The position numbers and the translations under genes are program-made. This document shows, in pieces, positions 50,636-59,625 of a DNA stretch of 64,000 nucleotides; position 1 is the stretch's first letter, and each line of letters opens with the position of its first letter. The notes below the pieces were generated by a model that saw nothing but the letters and a program-made list of their open reading frames with translations, was not told the DNA's origin and searched no databases. Source of the DNA: Deltaproteobacteria bacterium (GTDB lineage Bacteria; Myxococcota_A; Polyangia; Fen-1088); NCBI GenBank assembly GCA_033763315.1, contig JANRKS010000006.1, forward strand, positions 223,568 through 287,567, read 5' to 3'.

Positions 50636-52102
50636 TCAGTTATACGTCATCGACAGCCCCAGCGAGACAACCGCCGTGGAGTACGAGATACCTTCGCTGT
50701 CCTTGAAGCTCGCAGTGTTGAGTCGCAGCAAACCGCCTAAGCCCCAATTGTCGGAAACCCACCATTCCTTGCCGATTCCCAAATTCAAACCCAGGCCGCC
50801 CTTCGAGTCGTGCACCTCGTCCTCGTTGTCGATGCGATAGCCACGCGACAAAGCAAGCGAAGCCGTGGCAAACACATTCGGGCCGAAAAACCATGTGGCT
50901 CCTGCACCCACTGATTGCAACATGGCGAACTTGACATCAACGGCGCTGCTTCCTTCTCCCGTCACCGAGGGGGACGGCATGATGTCGAGCTGAGAATCGA
51001 CGTGAAGGACGAGATTTTCGACCACCGCTCCTCCTAAGGCGAACTGAACTGAAGATGTTTGACCGGTGACCTTGGCACGAACGTCCTTAACCGCGACGGC
51101 GGAGTATCCTGCCCCGAGGCCCAAGCGCAGGAAGAAGCCATTGTGAGACTCAGCGCCGGTGGCCTTTGAAGGTAAGGCTTGGGCAACAACGGAGGTTGAT
51201 GACGGATTCGCTTCGTTGGGTGCGTAGGCTTGAGCGACAGGAGCGGTAGGCGGATAAGTCTGCGGAAGCATCGGGCCTGAGGGCGGCGGGGGCGTGGAGG
51301 GGTAAGGTGCTTGCGGAGGCGAAGCATAAGGCACTGGCCCCACTGGCGGCGGTGTCGCTGGCGGCCCATAGGTTGCCGGGTAAGCCTGAGGGGCGGGTGC
51401 AGCCGCTGGCGCATACTGTTGCGGTGCAGGCGCGTACGGCGGCGCTGCATTCGCATACGGTTGCGGCGGTGGGGCGTATGCCTGTGCCAACATCGGTGCA
51501 GCGGGTTGTGGCGCTGGTGGCGCTGGGGTGTTTGCATTCGGCGGCGGTGCGGAACTTGGTGCATTCGACTGTGCGAACGCGGGCGCGGCCATCAACGCCG
51601 CCACCGCGGGCTGCGAACTTCCTGGCGGCCCCATAGGCGTCGCCATCTTGATCAGCTTGCACTCGTTAACGCCCTGGCGACCTTCTTCCTCCGTGACGGG
51701 ATGCAGTTTGGACCGTGCGAAGAGCAGGCCCATCTTCACTTCTTGCCACACGAAGTGCGTTTTGTTGGGCTCTGCCACCACCACAACATCGGCGTCGTTT
51801 TCCGCCTTCGACATAATTTGATGTGGCCCCGGAGCCACGCTCCAAGCGGTAAAAGTTTTCGCAACTGTGCTACCCGCGCTTTGCCCATCCAGCAGCACCG
51901 GCATTTTGACCGCGGCGCCGAAGGACTCGTTACGGTACACATAAAGCAACGACATGCCTGGTGCGGGCCGAGCCTGCTTTACAAAGGCGTCCTCCGTGGG
52001 CGTTGCCAGGGGCACGGATGCGCAGCCCGTGATGGTGGCAGCCATTGCGGCGAGCGTTAGGCCGTTTTGAAGGGCAATCGAAAATTGATTGCGGCTGATC
52101 AT
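50636..52102 (-). CDS. DUF2846 lipoprotein fused via a Pro-rich linker to an outer-membrane beta-barrel
   Basis: Lipobox 'ITGC', 'LYVYRNESFGAAVKM' DUF2846, 'HNGFFLRLGLG...GKEWWVSDNWGLG...TYN' barrel. Confidence 0.8.
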   Translation of the reverse strand: MISRNQFSIALQNGLTLAAMAATITGCASVPLATPTEDAFVKQARPAPGMSLLYVYRNESFGAAVKMPVLLDGQSAGSTVAKTFTAWSVAPGPHQIMSKAENDADVVVVAEPNKTHFVWQEVKMGLLFARSKLHPVTEEEGRQGVNECKLIKMATPMGPPGSSQPAVAALMAAPAFAQSNAPSSAPPPNANTPAPPAPQPAAPMLAQAYAPPPQPYANAAPPYAPAPQQYAPAAAPAPQAYPATYGPPATPPPVGPVPYASPPQAPYPSTPPPPSGPMLPQTYPPTAPVAQAYAPNEANPSSTSVVAQALPSKATGAESHNGFFLRLGLGAGYSAVAVKDVRAKVTGQTSSVQFALGGAVVENLVLHVDSQLDIMPSPSVTGEGSSAVDVKFAMLQSVGAGATWFFGPNVFATASLALSRGYRIDNEDEVHDSKGGLGLNLGIGKEWWVSDNWGLGGLLRLNTASFKDSEGISYSTAVVSLGLSMTYN

Positions 52103-52848
52103 GGGAGCTCCTTCGTCGAGATCGTTTGAGCTTTATCGAACAATGACATCTCAACCGGGAAAACATTGCCGGCAGACGATTCAGACTTAGCGGCGCAATT
52201 CGTGGCGCAGAAATCTTGGGCGCATCGAATGTAGACCTGATAAAGCGGACCCGATTTCGCTGTCTTGCACTCATTGTCCGCCGCGCATAGAGCCAACGTG
52301 GCACAACACTTTTCAACGATGCATTGGCCGCAAAGTGTGTCCTTCGGGTCGGGCTGCAAAGGGCAAGCGAAACATACCCCGGCCGCGCAGTCGGGCCGCT
52401 GAATGCGCCCGGCTTCATCTTTGCCGCAGGCGGCTGGTTCATTTCCACATTTGGTTACGGTGGAACATTCTGTGCCAGATCCCCAGCACGCTGCGGCTAC
52501 GCCTGAACGGGCAGGGCAGCGCACAGGAAATTTTGCATCGGTGCACAATGCTCCCGACGAAGCTCCCGAACCGCCGGCGCCCGGGAGCGCAGCACCGCCA
52601 CCACCATCTTGCCGAACGGTAGAGCCGCCCGCGTTGAGGCCGGCGGCATCGGACGTCGTGGATCCCCCTGCCGCGGGGAACGCTGCATCGAGTTTCAACG
52701 CCGAGGCTCCCCCTTCACCCCAGAGCCCTGCATCGAGTTTCAACGCCGAGGATCCCCCGCTACCTCCCGATTCGTCAGGGCCGTTTGGGTCGTAGGAAAA
52801 AGCGCAAGCGCCTATGAAAAGGAACAGGAACGACATACATCGATGCAT
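52099..52848 (-). CDS. Cys-rich lipoprotein
   Basis: GGAGG RBS, lipobox 'IGAC', Gly-rich linker, Cys-rich domains. Confidence 0.75.
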   Translation of the reverse strand: MHRCMSFLFLFIGACAFSYDPNGPDESGGSGGSSALKLDAGLWGEGGASALKLDAAFPAAGGSTTSDAAGLNAGGSTVRQDGGGGAALPGAGGSGASSGALCTDAKFPVRCPARSGVAAACWGSGTECSTVTKCGNEPAACGKDEAGRIQRPDCAAGVCFACPLQPDPKDTLCGQCIVEKCCATLALCAADNECKTAKSGPLYQVYIRCAQDFCATNCAAKSESSAGNVFPVEMSLFDKAQTISTKELP

Positions 52849-52913
52849 TAAAGACCTCCAGGGTGGTGCACTCGGGCCGCAGACGTTGTGGCAGTCGTTT
52901 TTCATGTTCGGCA

Positions 52914-53318
52914 TCACTTAACCAGCGTGGCGTGCAACCAAATCAGCTCCACGCGCGAAGCGCAGCCAAGCTTCGCTAACGCTTGATGCAAACGGTGGGT
53001 GGCCGTGGACGTGCTGATCTGCAGATCGGCCGCAATCACCTTGAGCGGCAGGCCGGTGACGGCACTGTGAACCATTTCACACTCAAGACGATTCAGCCGG
53101 AACCGTGATCGCTCGTGAGGGGCCACGCTTTTGACGACCAAGAAGTGGGACTTGTCATCGGCAACCCCTCGGTCAATAACGCGACAATGTCCAGCCAGGA
53201 GCAGCGACCACAGGCTTTCCGTTTGCTCTTCGGGCGCCACCAAGAAATCGGCAATCGCCCCTTCCTGAACGCAAGGCACCGCGGTAGCGGCCTGCTTCTC
53301 GATGTTTGTCGTTTGCAT
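52914..53318 (-). CDS. LuxR-type HTH protein
   Basis: 'LNRLECEMV...GLPLKVIAADLQISTSTATHRL..ALAKLGCASRVEL'. Confidence 0.8.
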   Translation of the reverse strand: MQTTNIEKQAATAVPCVQEGAIADFLVAPEEQTESLWSLLLAGHCRVIDRGVADDKSHFLVVKSVAPHERSRFRLNRLECEMVHSAVTGLPLKVIAADLQISTSTATHRLHQALAKLGCASRVELIWLHATLVK

Positions 53319-53319
53319 C

Positions 53320-53601
53320 CTAAGTCGCCCGTCCCAACAACTGCGCAACCAGATCCACTCGCGAGTCCACTGAAAGCTTCGCCAGAATGTTGGCCACCTG
53401 GTTCGCAATTGTGCGCGTCGAAGTTCCACGGGCCGTCGCGATCTCAGCATTTGAAAGACCCTCGGCAATCAGGCCTGCGACCGCGCGCTCGGCGTCGGTG
53501 AGATGTTCGTCTCCCAGACGAATCTCTTTCAGTTTCACCATCACGCCCCAAGACGCTCCGTCGCCTTCCATCAAACGAATGACCACCACCTCGGTTTGCA
53601 T
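53320..53601 (-). CDS. Stand-alone LuxR/GerE-type HTH protein
   Basis: 'LTDAERAVA.LIAEGLSNAEIATARGTSTRTIANQVANILAKLSVDSR'. Confidence 0.88.
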   Translation of the reverse strand: MQTEVVVIRLMEGDGASWGVMVKLKEIRLGDEHLTDAERAVAGLIAEGLSNAEIATARGTSTRTIANQVANILAKLSVDSRVDLVAQLLGRAT

Positions 53602-53771
53602 GCCGCCCCCATCAGCAAGGTCTGTGCCGGCCGGTTGCAGGGCGAAACGTCTCGATTTTGCAGCCTTTGGGGCTGATTCGCGGCTCAGCCTGCGACAATC
53701 TGTACGACGACCGTTGAACAGATTGTTCAACCACTCACGACTTATCTTTCTGTGCGCAGCTGCAGTCCCAA

Positions 53772-54524
53772 TCATCGAACGGGGTGCCATGACGAACGCA
53801 TCTGCAGAATGTTGATCGCCTGCAAGCGCAGAGGTGGCAACAGCCGCGGTTGGGGCTCGCCGTCGATTGAACTTCTGGGTGGCAACGGCTCGCGTCGCGC
53901 TGGTGGTGGCGGCGGGGCAGGGGGCGTTGGCGGAGGCACCGGTGTGTTCGGGCCGGCACTCGGGGGTGCTGCGTTGCTGGGACTCTGTGGCACAGGCGCG
54001 GGGCCTTGAGGCGGCGCCGCCGGCGGGGGCGGATAATAGGGATACCCCGGGGGGGCGTATGCCCCGTAAGGATTCTGTGGCGGGCCGTATGGATAGGGAT
54101 TCGCCGCACCGGCTGGTGGCGCACCGTACGGGGGGGCATACGCGGGATAGGGCGCGGCGCTTGGTTGCTGCCGAATGAGCCGCAGATTCAATTGGTTTTT
54201 CGCATCTTCACACTGGCTTGTGCGCGAGTAGCCATAACTTGCCGACAGCGCCCAAAGCGTTGCTACAGATAGCCCAAGCCCCACAGCAGATTGCCGCGTT
54301 TGATCGTCCTCGGCTTCGGCGATCGCAACGCCAGTGGAGACGAGGTTCGTCAAGGTGAAGATCGTATCAAGGACCGCCGGAAAGCGGCTGGTGGAACAAT
54401 CGAAGTAGGGCAAGACTTCGTGGTTGGATGGAGGAGGCGTGGTGAAGATCCAGGAACAGCCTGGATTCATCACAGTGGCCGCGACCAAAAGCGCGATGAG
54501 TTTGTTTGCTGAGGACTTGGTCAC
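53772..54524 (-). CDS. Hypothetical lipoprotein with Pro/Tyr-rich tail
   Basis: 'PGCSWIF' lipobox-like motif, two hydrophobic helices, PY-rich C-terminus. Confidence 0.7.
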   Translation of the reverse strand: MTKSSANKLIALLVAATVMNPGCSWIFTTPPPSNHEVLPYFDCSTSRFPAVLDTIFTLTNLVSTGVAIAEAEDDQTRQSAVGLGLSVATLWALSASYGYSRTSQCEDAKNQLNLRLIRQQPSAAPYPAYAPPYGAPPAGAANPYPYGPPQNPYGAYAPPGYPYYPPPPAAPPQGPAPVPQSPSNAAPPSAGPNTPVPPPTPPAPPPPPARREPLPPRSSIDGEPQPRLLPPLRLQAINILQMRSSWHPVR

Positions 54525-54531
54525 GGCTATC

Positions 54532-55200
54532 TCACAGCGAACAAACGGATCCGCCTGTTGCGGCTTGGCATGTGGTGCCGGCCAAGGCTGCGCATGATGC
54601 GTTGTTGGTGCAACCGGGAAAGCACTTCTTTGTGCCGGCTTTGGTTTCTATGCACCGATTGGCAATGCTTTTGCTGTTTGTCCCGCAGTCGCTGTCTTTC
54701 GTACACACCTTGGTGCACCAAAGGTCGTTGCAGGACGAGGAAGCACACTCGCTGCTCGCAGTGCAAGCGTCGCCCGTTTTTTTGAGCGCGCAAATCTTGC
54801 AATTGTCGAGACTGCAGTTAAAGAACTTGTCCCAAACGGGCCCTGAGCTGTCCTCGTTGCACGTCTTGTCCTGGGAGCATGCAAGAAGATTGTCGCAGCA
54901 CGAAGTCAAGATACACGATTGGCACTCGTCCTTCGCAGGGATACCCGAGCAGGACCCTCCTGTGCCTGCATTGCTGTTGCCACCGGTGCCGCCCGAAGGT
55001 ATCTGCGGATTGGAAGCGCCACCCGATCCGTTGGGACCTGCATCCACGGGCGCAGGTGCCGAGCTAGAGCACTTGTTGATGCGGCAGACCCAATCGTTGG
55101 GGCAATCAAGGTTGGTGCCGCATTCGGTGACACCATCCACATAATTGGGCGAGCAAGCGACAAGCAGCCCAAGGCAAACAGTTCGCACAAATTTGTTCAT
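54532..55200 (-). CDS. Cys-rich lipoprotein
   Basis: Lipobox 'LVAC', Gly-rich linker, very Cys-rich C-terminal half. Confidence 0.85.
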   Translation of the reverse strand: MNKFVRTVCLGLLVACSPNYVDGVTECGTNLDCPNDWVCRINKCSSSAPAPVDAGPNGSGGASNPQIPSGGTGGNSNAGTGGSCSGIPAKDECQSCILTSCCDNLLACSQDKTCNEDSSGPVWDKFFNCSLDNCKICALKKTGDACTASSECASSSCNDLWCTKVCTKDSDCGTNSKSIANRCIETKAGTKKCFPGCTNNASCAALAGTTCQAATGGSVCSL

Positions 55201-55212
55201 GAATCTGCTCCC

Positions 55213-56022
55213 TCAAAAGCGCATTTGGTATGTGGCGCCTGCGGCGTGAGCCGTTAAAAGTGGCCCGATGGAGGCGTGTGACTTCTGGTCTCGGTTGCCG
55301 AAGTAAACAACGGCGGCTGTTACCAACCCCGCGACGCCCACCGAATAGCCGAGTACCTGCAATTTTGCGAACGTCTTTCCGGAACTTTCCACATCCGCGT
55401 CGTAGCGACGTTCCGTTTGGCTGAATTTGTCTTGTGAGATGAATGTCGATACCACGCCGCCCACAAGGGCCGCCGCGCCCACGCCGCCCGCAATCCAAAC
55501 CAGCGCAGGCGTCTCATGTTCCTGTGGAGCTGCCGCATGATTGTGTGCGATTTCTTCTGCCGCCGGTGCAACGGCTGCGACTGACGGCGCCGGCGGCGCT
55601 GTGTTGGCTTGTTGAGTCTCAACGCTGGGCGGTGGTGGGCTTGCGACCGGGGCACCCGCTGAACGCTTGCGCGCCTCCATTTCGGCGATCCACTGCTCGG
55701 CCATTTTGCGATCATCAACCGAGATCTTCGTATCCTGGGCGATGTACTGACGGAGCGTACTGATCGCTTGGTCGGCGCGGATCGAGTAGTAGTAGCACGC
55801 TCCCAAATTCCACAGATACGCCATGTTTTGTGGGTACTGCACGGAAAGGCGCGCATACATCACGGACGCTTCATCATATCTGCCCTCCCGGTATAGCGTC
55901 GCGGCTTGACGCGCGTCACTCGCCTCGTCGGCACGCACGTGGGTTGCACCAACGACAACCGTCAGACCGAAGACGGAACAAAGGATGGCGCGCCTGACTA
56001 TCGAAGCTTTGTGTTTATCCAT
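55213..56022 (-). CDS. Secreted TPR protein with hydrophobic C-terminal region
   Basis: Signal peptide, 'LYREGRYDEA', 'LWNLGACY' TPRs. Confidence 0.8.
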   Translation of the reverse strand: MDKHKASIVRRAILCSVFGLTVVVGATHVRADEASDARQAATLYREGRYDEASVMYARLSVQYPQNMAYLWNLGACYYYSIRADQAISTLRQYIAQDTKISVDDRKMAEQWIAEMEARKRSAGAPVASPPPPSVETQQANTAPPAPSVAAVAPAAEEIAHNHAAAPQEHETPALVWIAGGVGAAALVGGVVSTFISQDKFSQTERRYDADVESSGKTFAKLQVLGYSVGVAGLVTAAVVYFGNRDQKSHASIGPLLTAHAAGATYQMRF

Positions 56023-57386
56023 GGATCATCTTCTTTCACTGCGTCCTTCTTGGTTTCTGGGCTTGAAGTCTTTTGTGCTTCGGTGTTGCCGTTCGTGGGA
56101 TGAGCCAAGGTGGATGATTTGCGGCGAGGCTTGGGCGGCCTTGTTTGTGGCTCGGGCGGCGCAAGTGGCGAGGGGGGCGCAGCTTCCGGATTCACCGCTG
56201 GCTGCGCTTGTGTGATTGGCACCGAAGGCAATTGGGGAGGAGCCGCAGGCGCAGTCGCTGGTTCAGGTGCGACGGAGGGCTGTTCCGCGAGGCTTGAACC
56301 CGACCGCTTCAGCGGCGGAGGCTCTTTGGTCCCACGGGCAAACAACAGAACGGTCGTTGCGATGGCCACAACGGCAACGGCAATGGCGCCCTTGGCGAGC
56401 GGTAAAGGGGAACGCTGGCGATCAGTAACTTCAATTGGGGTTCGACGTAGGGTGGTTGTCGGTGAAGGCAAGATGCGTGTGGAATCGATGGAAGGCGTTG
56501 CCTCTTGCCGGCGCACGGCCACCTCTGTTGGTGCGGCCAACGGCTCAACGCTCTTGCACGCCTGTAGCGCGGCCACAACGGCTCCCATGTCACCGAACCG
56601 GTCGCCCGCTTTCCCTTGCAGCATACGCATGACGATCCTCGCCATCGGTGCCGGCAGGTCGGGGCTGTGAACGGTCGGCGGTTCGATAGGCTCCAAAATG
56701 ATCCGCGTGATGATCGATAGAGCGTTTTCTCCTCGGTGTACACGTACGCCCGTTAGCGCCTCATAAAGGACCAAGCCAAACGCGTACTGATCGCTTGCTG
56801 GTCCAATCTGGCCTTCGCCGCGCGCTTGTTCGGGCGACATATATGATGCTGTCCCAAGCAAAGACAACGGCGCCGTGAGGTTGTCTTTCCCTGTGTCAGT
56901 GGTGATCTTTGAAATGCCGAAATCAAGCAGCTTAGGCAGCACCTCGCCGGTCTCGGTCTGTGCAACGAAGATATTCGAAGGCTTCAAGTCGCGGTGAATC
57001 ACACCGGCGCGATGAGCTGAGTGCAGCGCGTCCGCCACGGGCAACAGAATGTCGAGTGCCGCCAAGGGGGCCAACGCCCCTTGTGCCAAACGCTGTTCCA
57101 AGCTTTGTCCATCCAAGAATTCCATCACCAAATACGGCGTTGCATTGACTTCTCCAACATCGAACACGTCAACGATATGGCGATGGCGAATGCGAGCAGC
57201 CGCCTCGCCTTCGCGCAGAAACCTGGCGCGGCACTCAGGATTCGCTGCCATGTCCGGGTGCAAAACCTTGATCGCGACTTTGCGCTTGAGGCCTAAGTGG
57301 AAAGCAGCAAACACCGCGCCCATGCCGCCTCGGCCCAATTCCTCAAGAATTTGGTACTTGTCGAAGCTTTCGCCTGGTCGAAGCAT
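55998..57386 (-). CDS. Membrane Ser/Thr protein kinase
   Basis: GRGGMGAVF, AIK, HRDLKPSN, DFG, YMSPEQ; TM helix and Pro-rich tail. Confidence 0.95.
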   Translation of the reverse strand: MLRPGESFDKYQILEELGRGGMGAVFAAFHLGLKRKVAIKVLHPDMAANPECRARFLREGEAAARIRHRHIVDVFDVGEVNATPYLVMEFLDGQSLEQRLAQGALAPLAALDILLPVADALHSAHRAGVIHRDLKPSNIFVAQTETGEVLPKLLDFGISKITTDTGKDNLTAPLSLLGTASYMSPEQARGEGQIGPASDQYAFGLVLYEALTGVRVHRGENALSIITRIILEPIEPPTVHSPDLPAPMARIVMRMLQGKAGDRFGDMGAVVAALQACKSVEPLAAPTEVAVRRQEATPSIDSTRILPSPTTTLRRTPIEVTDRQRSPLPLAKGAIAVAVVAIATTVLLFARGTKEPPPLKRSGSSLAEQPSVAPEPATAPAAPPQLPSVPITQAQPAVNPEAAPPSPLAPPEPQTRPPKPRRKSSTLAHPTNGNTEAQKTSSPETKKDAVKEDDPWINTKLR

Positions 57387-57413
57387 GGTGGAACAATCCG
57401 GGCTGACTCGCGG

Positions 57414-57704
57414 TCAATATCGATGATTGGGTTGCATGCATCTATGGTCATTTTGTGCGCAAGGATCTTGCAGCGATGCCGGTGCGCTTTCGTGTCTCAC
57501 CATCGACGTTCGCCGAGAAAACCCCTTGCCTAACGCTCTGGCCAAAAGAACGCGCACGGTCGAGTGTGCCAGGCCGAGCTCGAAAGCAATCTCTTTGCTT
57601 GTGAGACCCGCTTGCGTTCGTGCAAGAACTTCAGCTTGTCTCGGTGTGAGTGACGACGGCGTAAGGGCGCTTTGATCGTAACTGTCGCGTCTCGATTCAA
57701 CCAT
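57414..57704 (-). CDS. Stand-alone LuxR-type HTH (possibly truncated or degenerate C-terminus)
   Basis: 'LTPRQAEVL...GLTSKEIAFELGLAHSTVRVLLARA'; lacks the usual 'KLGV.SR' ending. Confidence 0.75.
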   Translation of the reverse strand: MVESRRDSYDQSALTPSSLTPRQAEVLARTQAGLTSKEIAFELGLAHSTVRVLLARALGKGFSRRTSMVRHESAPASLQDPCAQNDHRCMQPNHRY

Positions 57705-57882
57705 CTCGTCCCTTCAGCGAAGGCCAGTGTCTTGCGTTCGTGCGCCATCAGATGGCCACAAGGGGTCGCACAACTTCCATAGTCATTTAGTGGCTGTGGT
57801 TGCGATCCAACGTAAACAGTTTCGATGTTGTGAAGGCTTGCCTCCAAGACTACAAAGGGGCGCAATACCTGAAAGGAACGGA

Positions 57883-58785
57883 ATGCACAAACTTGGTTTC
57901 GCACCAGTAGATAGCGGGCTGCTGCTCGCGCTTCTTTTGCACCCTTGGTTCACCGGCGCTGCGCATGCCCAAGGCCAGCGCGCAGCAAGTGCGACGGAGA
58001 ATGCGGCACCGACCCAAACTGTTGTTGCCCCTGCACCGTCATCGGCGAGCAATCCAGGTGCGGCGCCGCCACCACCTGCAAATGTCGCAACTCCTGTTCC
58101 ACCTCCGCAAGCGTATCCACAACCTCAAGCCTACCCACCACAACCGTACCCGCCGACGCAGTACCCACAGCAGCCTGGATATTCAGCTCAATACTACCCT
58201 GGGCAACCTGGATACCCTCCTTTACAGCAAGGATACCCACCGCCCCAATACACGCCGCTCGCCCAGGCGCAGGTGGCTTCGCCGCAGTCGAATCCATATT
58301 TACGGGCTGGCACTCCTGGTGAATTGGCCGAGGAGCACTTCGGGCGGAGGGGTCAGCTGGTGGTCACTGAGGACTTCAACATCTCGTACTACAGCAACAA
58401 CGGCACCAGCAATCTCAATGTCAGGCCCAGCCTTGACTACTTCTTTACCGATCGGTTGAGCATTGGGGGGCGTCTCGGCCTTTCGTGGTACAGCAGCAAC
58501 GGTAACTCGAACCAATCGCGCAGCATCGCTTGGCGATTCGGAGCAAACTTCGGCCTGGGTGAAAAGGTATCAATCTGGCTGACCCTTGAAAATGGCATTG
58601 TGCTTCCCGAAAATTCATCGAATCTATTGTTCACAAACCTTGTTTTTCCTGTGCTGCTCCATCCGGCGCCACATTTCTTTGTGGGCATCGGTCCATATCT
58701 CGACGGTCAGCGCACCCTCGGAGAGAGCGAATCAGACGTTGATTTTGGCGGCGGTTTAACGTCGTTTGTGGGCGGTTGGTGGTAA
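57883..58785 (+). CDS. Outer-membrane beta-barrel protein with Pro/Gln/Tyr-rich N-terminus
   Basis: Signal ending AHA, PQY-rich stretch, 'FG..GQ', 'PSLDYF', 'HFFVGIGP', C-terminal 'VGGWW'. Confidence 0.8.
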   Translation: MHKLGFAPVDSGLLLALLLHPWFTGAAHAQGQRAASATENAAPTQTVVAPAPSSASNPGAAPPPPANVATPVPPPQAYPQPQAYPPQPYPPTQYPQQPGYSAQYYPGQPGYPPLQQGYPPPQYTPLAQAQVASPQSNPYLRAGTPGELAEEHFGRRGQLVVTEDFNISYYSNNGTSNLNVRPSLDYFFTDRLSIGGRLGLSWYSSNGNSNQSRSIAWRFGANFGLGEKVSIWLTLENGIVLPENSSNLLFTNLVFPVLLHPAPHFFVGIGPYLDGQRTLGESESDVDFGGGLTSFVGGWW

Positions 58786-58841
58786 GCGCTGCAGGTAGGC
58801 CGTGTCTCACCCTCACGGTCGCCGCTTGCTAAACTTGCCGC

Positions 58842-59525
58842 GTGGGCTCGGCGCAACAAAGCTTGTTTGGCCACGAACCGGTCGTGACATTCGAACGCGA
58901 TCTGTCGCGCGTGGCGCGGGAACACTTGGACGAAACAGCGTGGATCGATCACGTCCCCGGCTGGGTGAAGGGGCACGAGACGCTGTTCGCCGCCTTGGCT
59001 GCAGGCACCGCATGGCATGAGCAGCAGCGGCAGATGTACGAGCGGGTTGTGGATGTGCCGCGCTTGGTGGCGTCGCTGCCGAAGGATGGGCCGGGCCACG
59101 AGGCACTTCCACGGCTTCGAGACGCGTTGGAAGATCGCTATGGCGTCGCGTTTCCATTCATCACAATGGCGCTTTATGCACACGGCGATCACAGTGTCGC
59201 GTGGCACGGCGATTACGTCGCCCGTGAGCTGCAGGATGCGGTTGTGGCCACGGTGTCGTTGGGCGAACCACGCCGCTTTTTGTTGCGGCCCAAGGGCGGA
59301 GGCAAAAGCCGTTCGATGATGCTGGGGTGGGGCGATTTGCTGGTGATGGGCGGCACGTGCCAGCGTACGTGGGAACACGCGATACCCAAAGTTGCGCACG
59401 CCGCCGGCCCGCGCATCGCCGTGATGTTTCGTCCGAAATGGTACGAGGCAGCGCAGCGGTGGCACAACAAGGCTGACGATCCTTCGGCGCTTGGCACGGG
59501 GATGGCAACGATGGGCCACAAGTAA
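58842..59525 (+). CDS. AlkB-family 2OG-Fe(II) dioxygenase
   Basis: 'SVAWHGD', 'VSLG..R.F', 'GDLLVMGG.CQRTWEHAIPK', 'RIAVMFR'. Confidence 0.9.
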   Translation: MGSAQQSLFGHEPVVTFERDLSRVAREHLDETAWIDHVPGWVKGHETLFAALAAGTAWHEQQRQMYERVVDVPRLVASLPKDGPGHEALPRLRDALEDRYGVAFPFITMALYAHGDHSVAWHGDYVARELQDAVVATVSLGEPRRFLLRPKGGGKSRSMMLGWGDLLVMGGTCQRTWEHAIPKVAHAAGPRIAVMFRPKWYEAAQRWHNKADDPSALGTGMATMGHK

Positions 59526-59625
59526 GGGTACAGGCGCGAGCTATCGCGCACTTACCCGGTTCGTGCCACGGACTCGTAACGTTTTGGCGTAGCGGATCTG
59601 TAGCGCCCCATGGCTACCAGGAGGA

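Noticed and set aside
52683-52751. 24-bp direct repeat CTGCATCGAGTTTCAACGCCGAGG (two copies, 45-bp period) resembling a mini-CRISPR
   Set aside because: In-frame duplication encoding 'SALKLDA' in a lipoprotein linker; spacer only 21 bp
30924-58800. A single integrative element or prophage spanning the accessory region
   Set aside because: No integrase, phage or conjugation genes and no distal tRNA repeat seen; it looks like accreted modules
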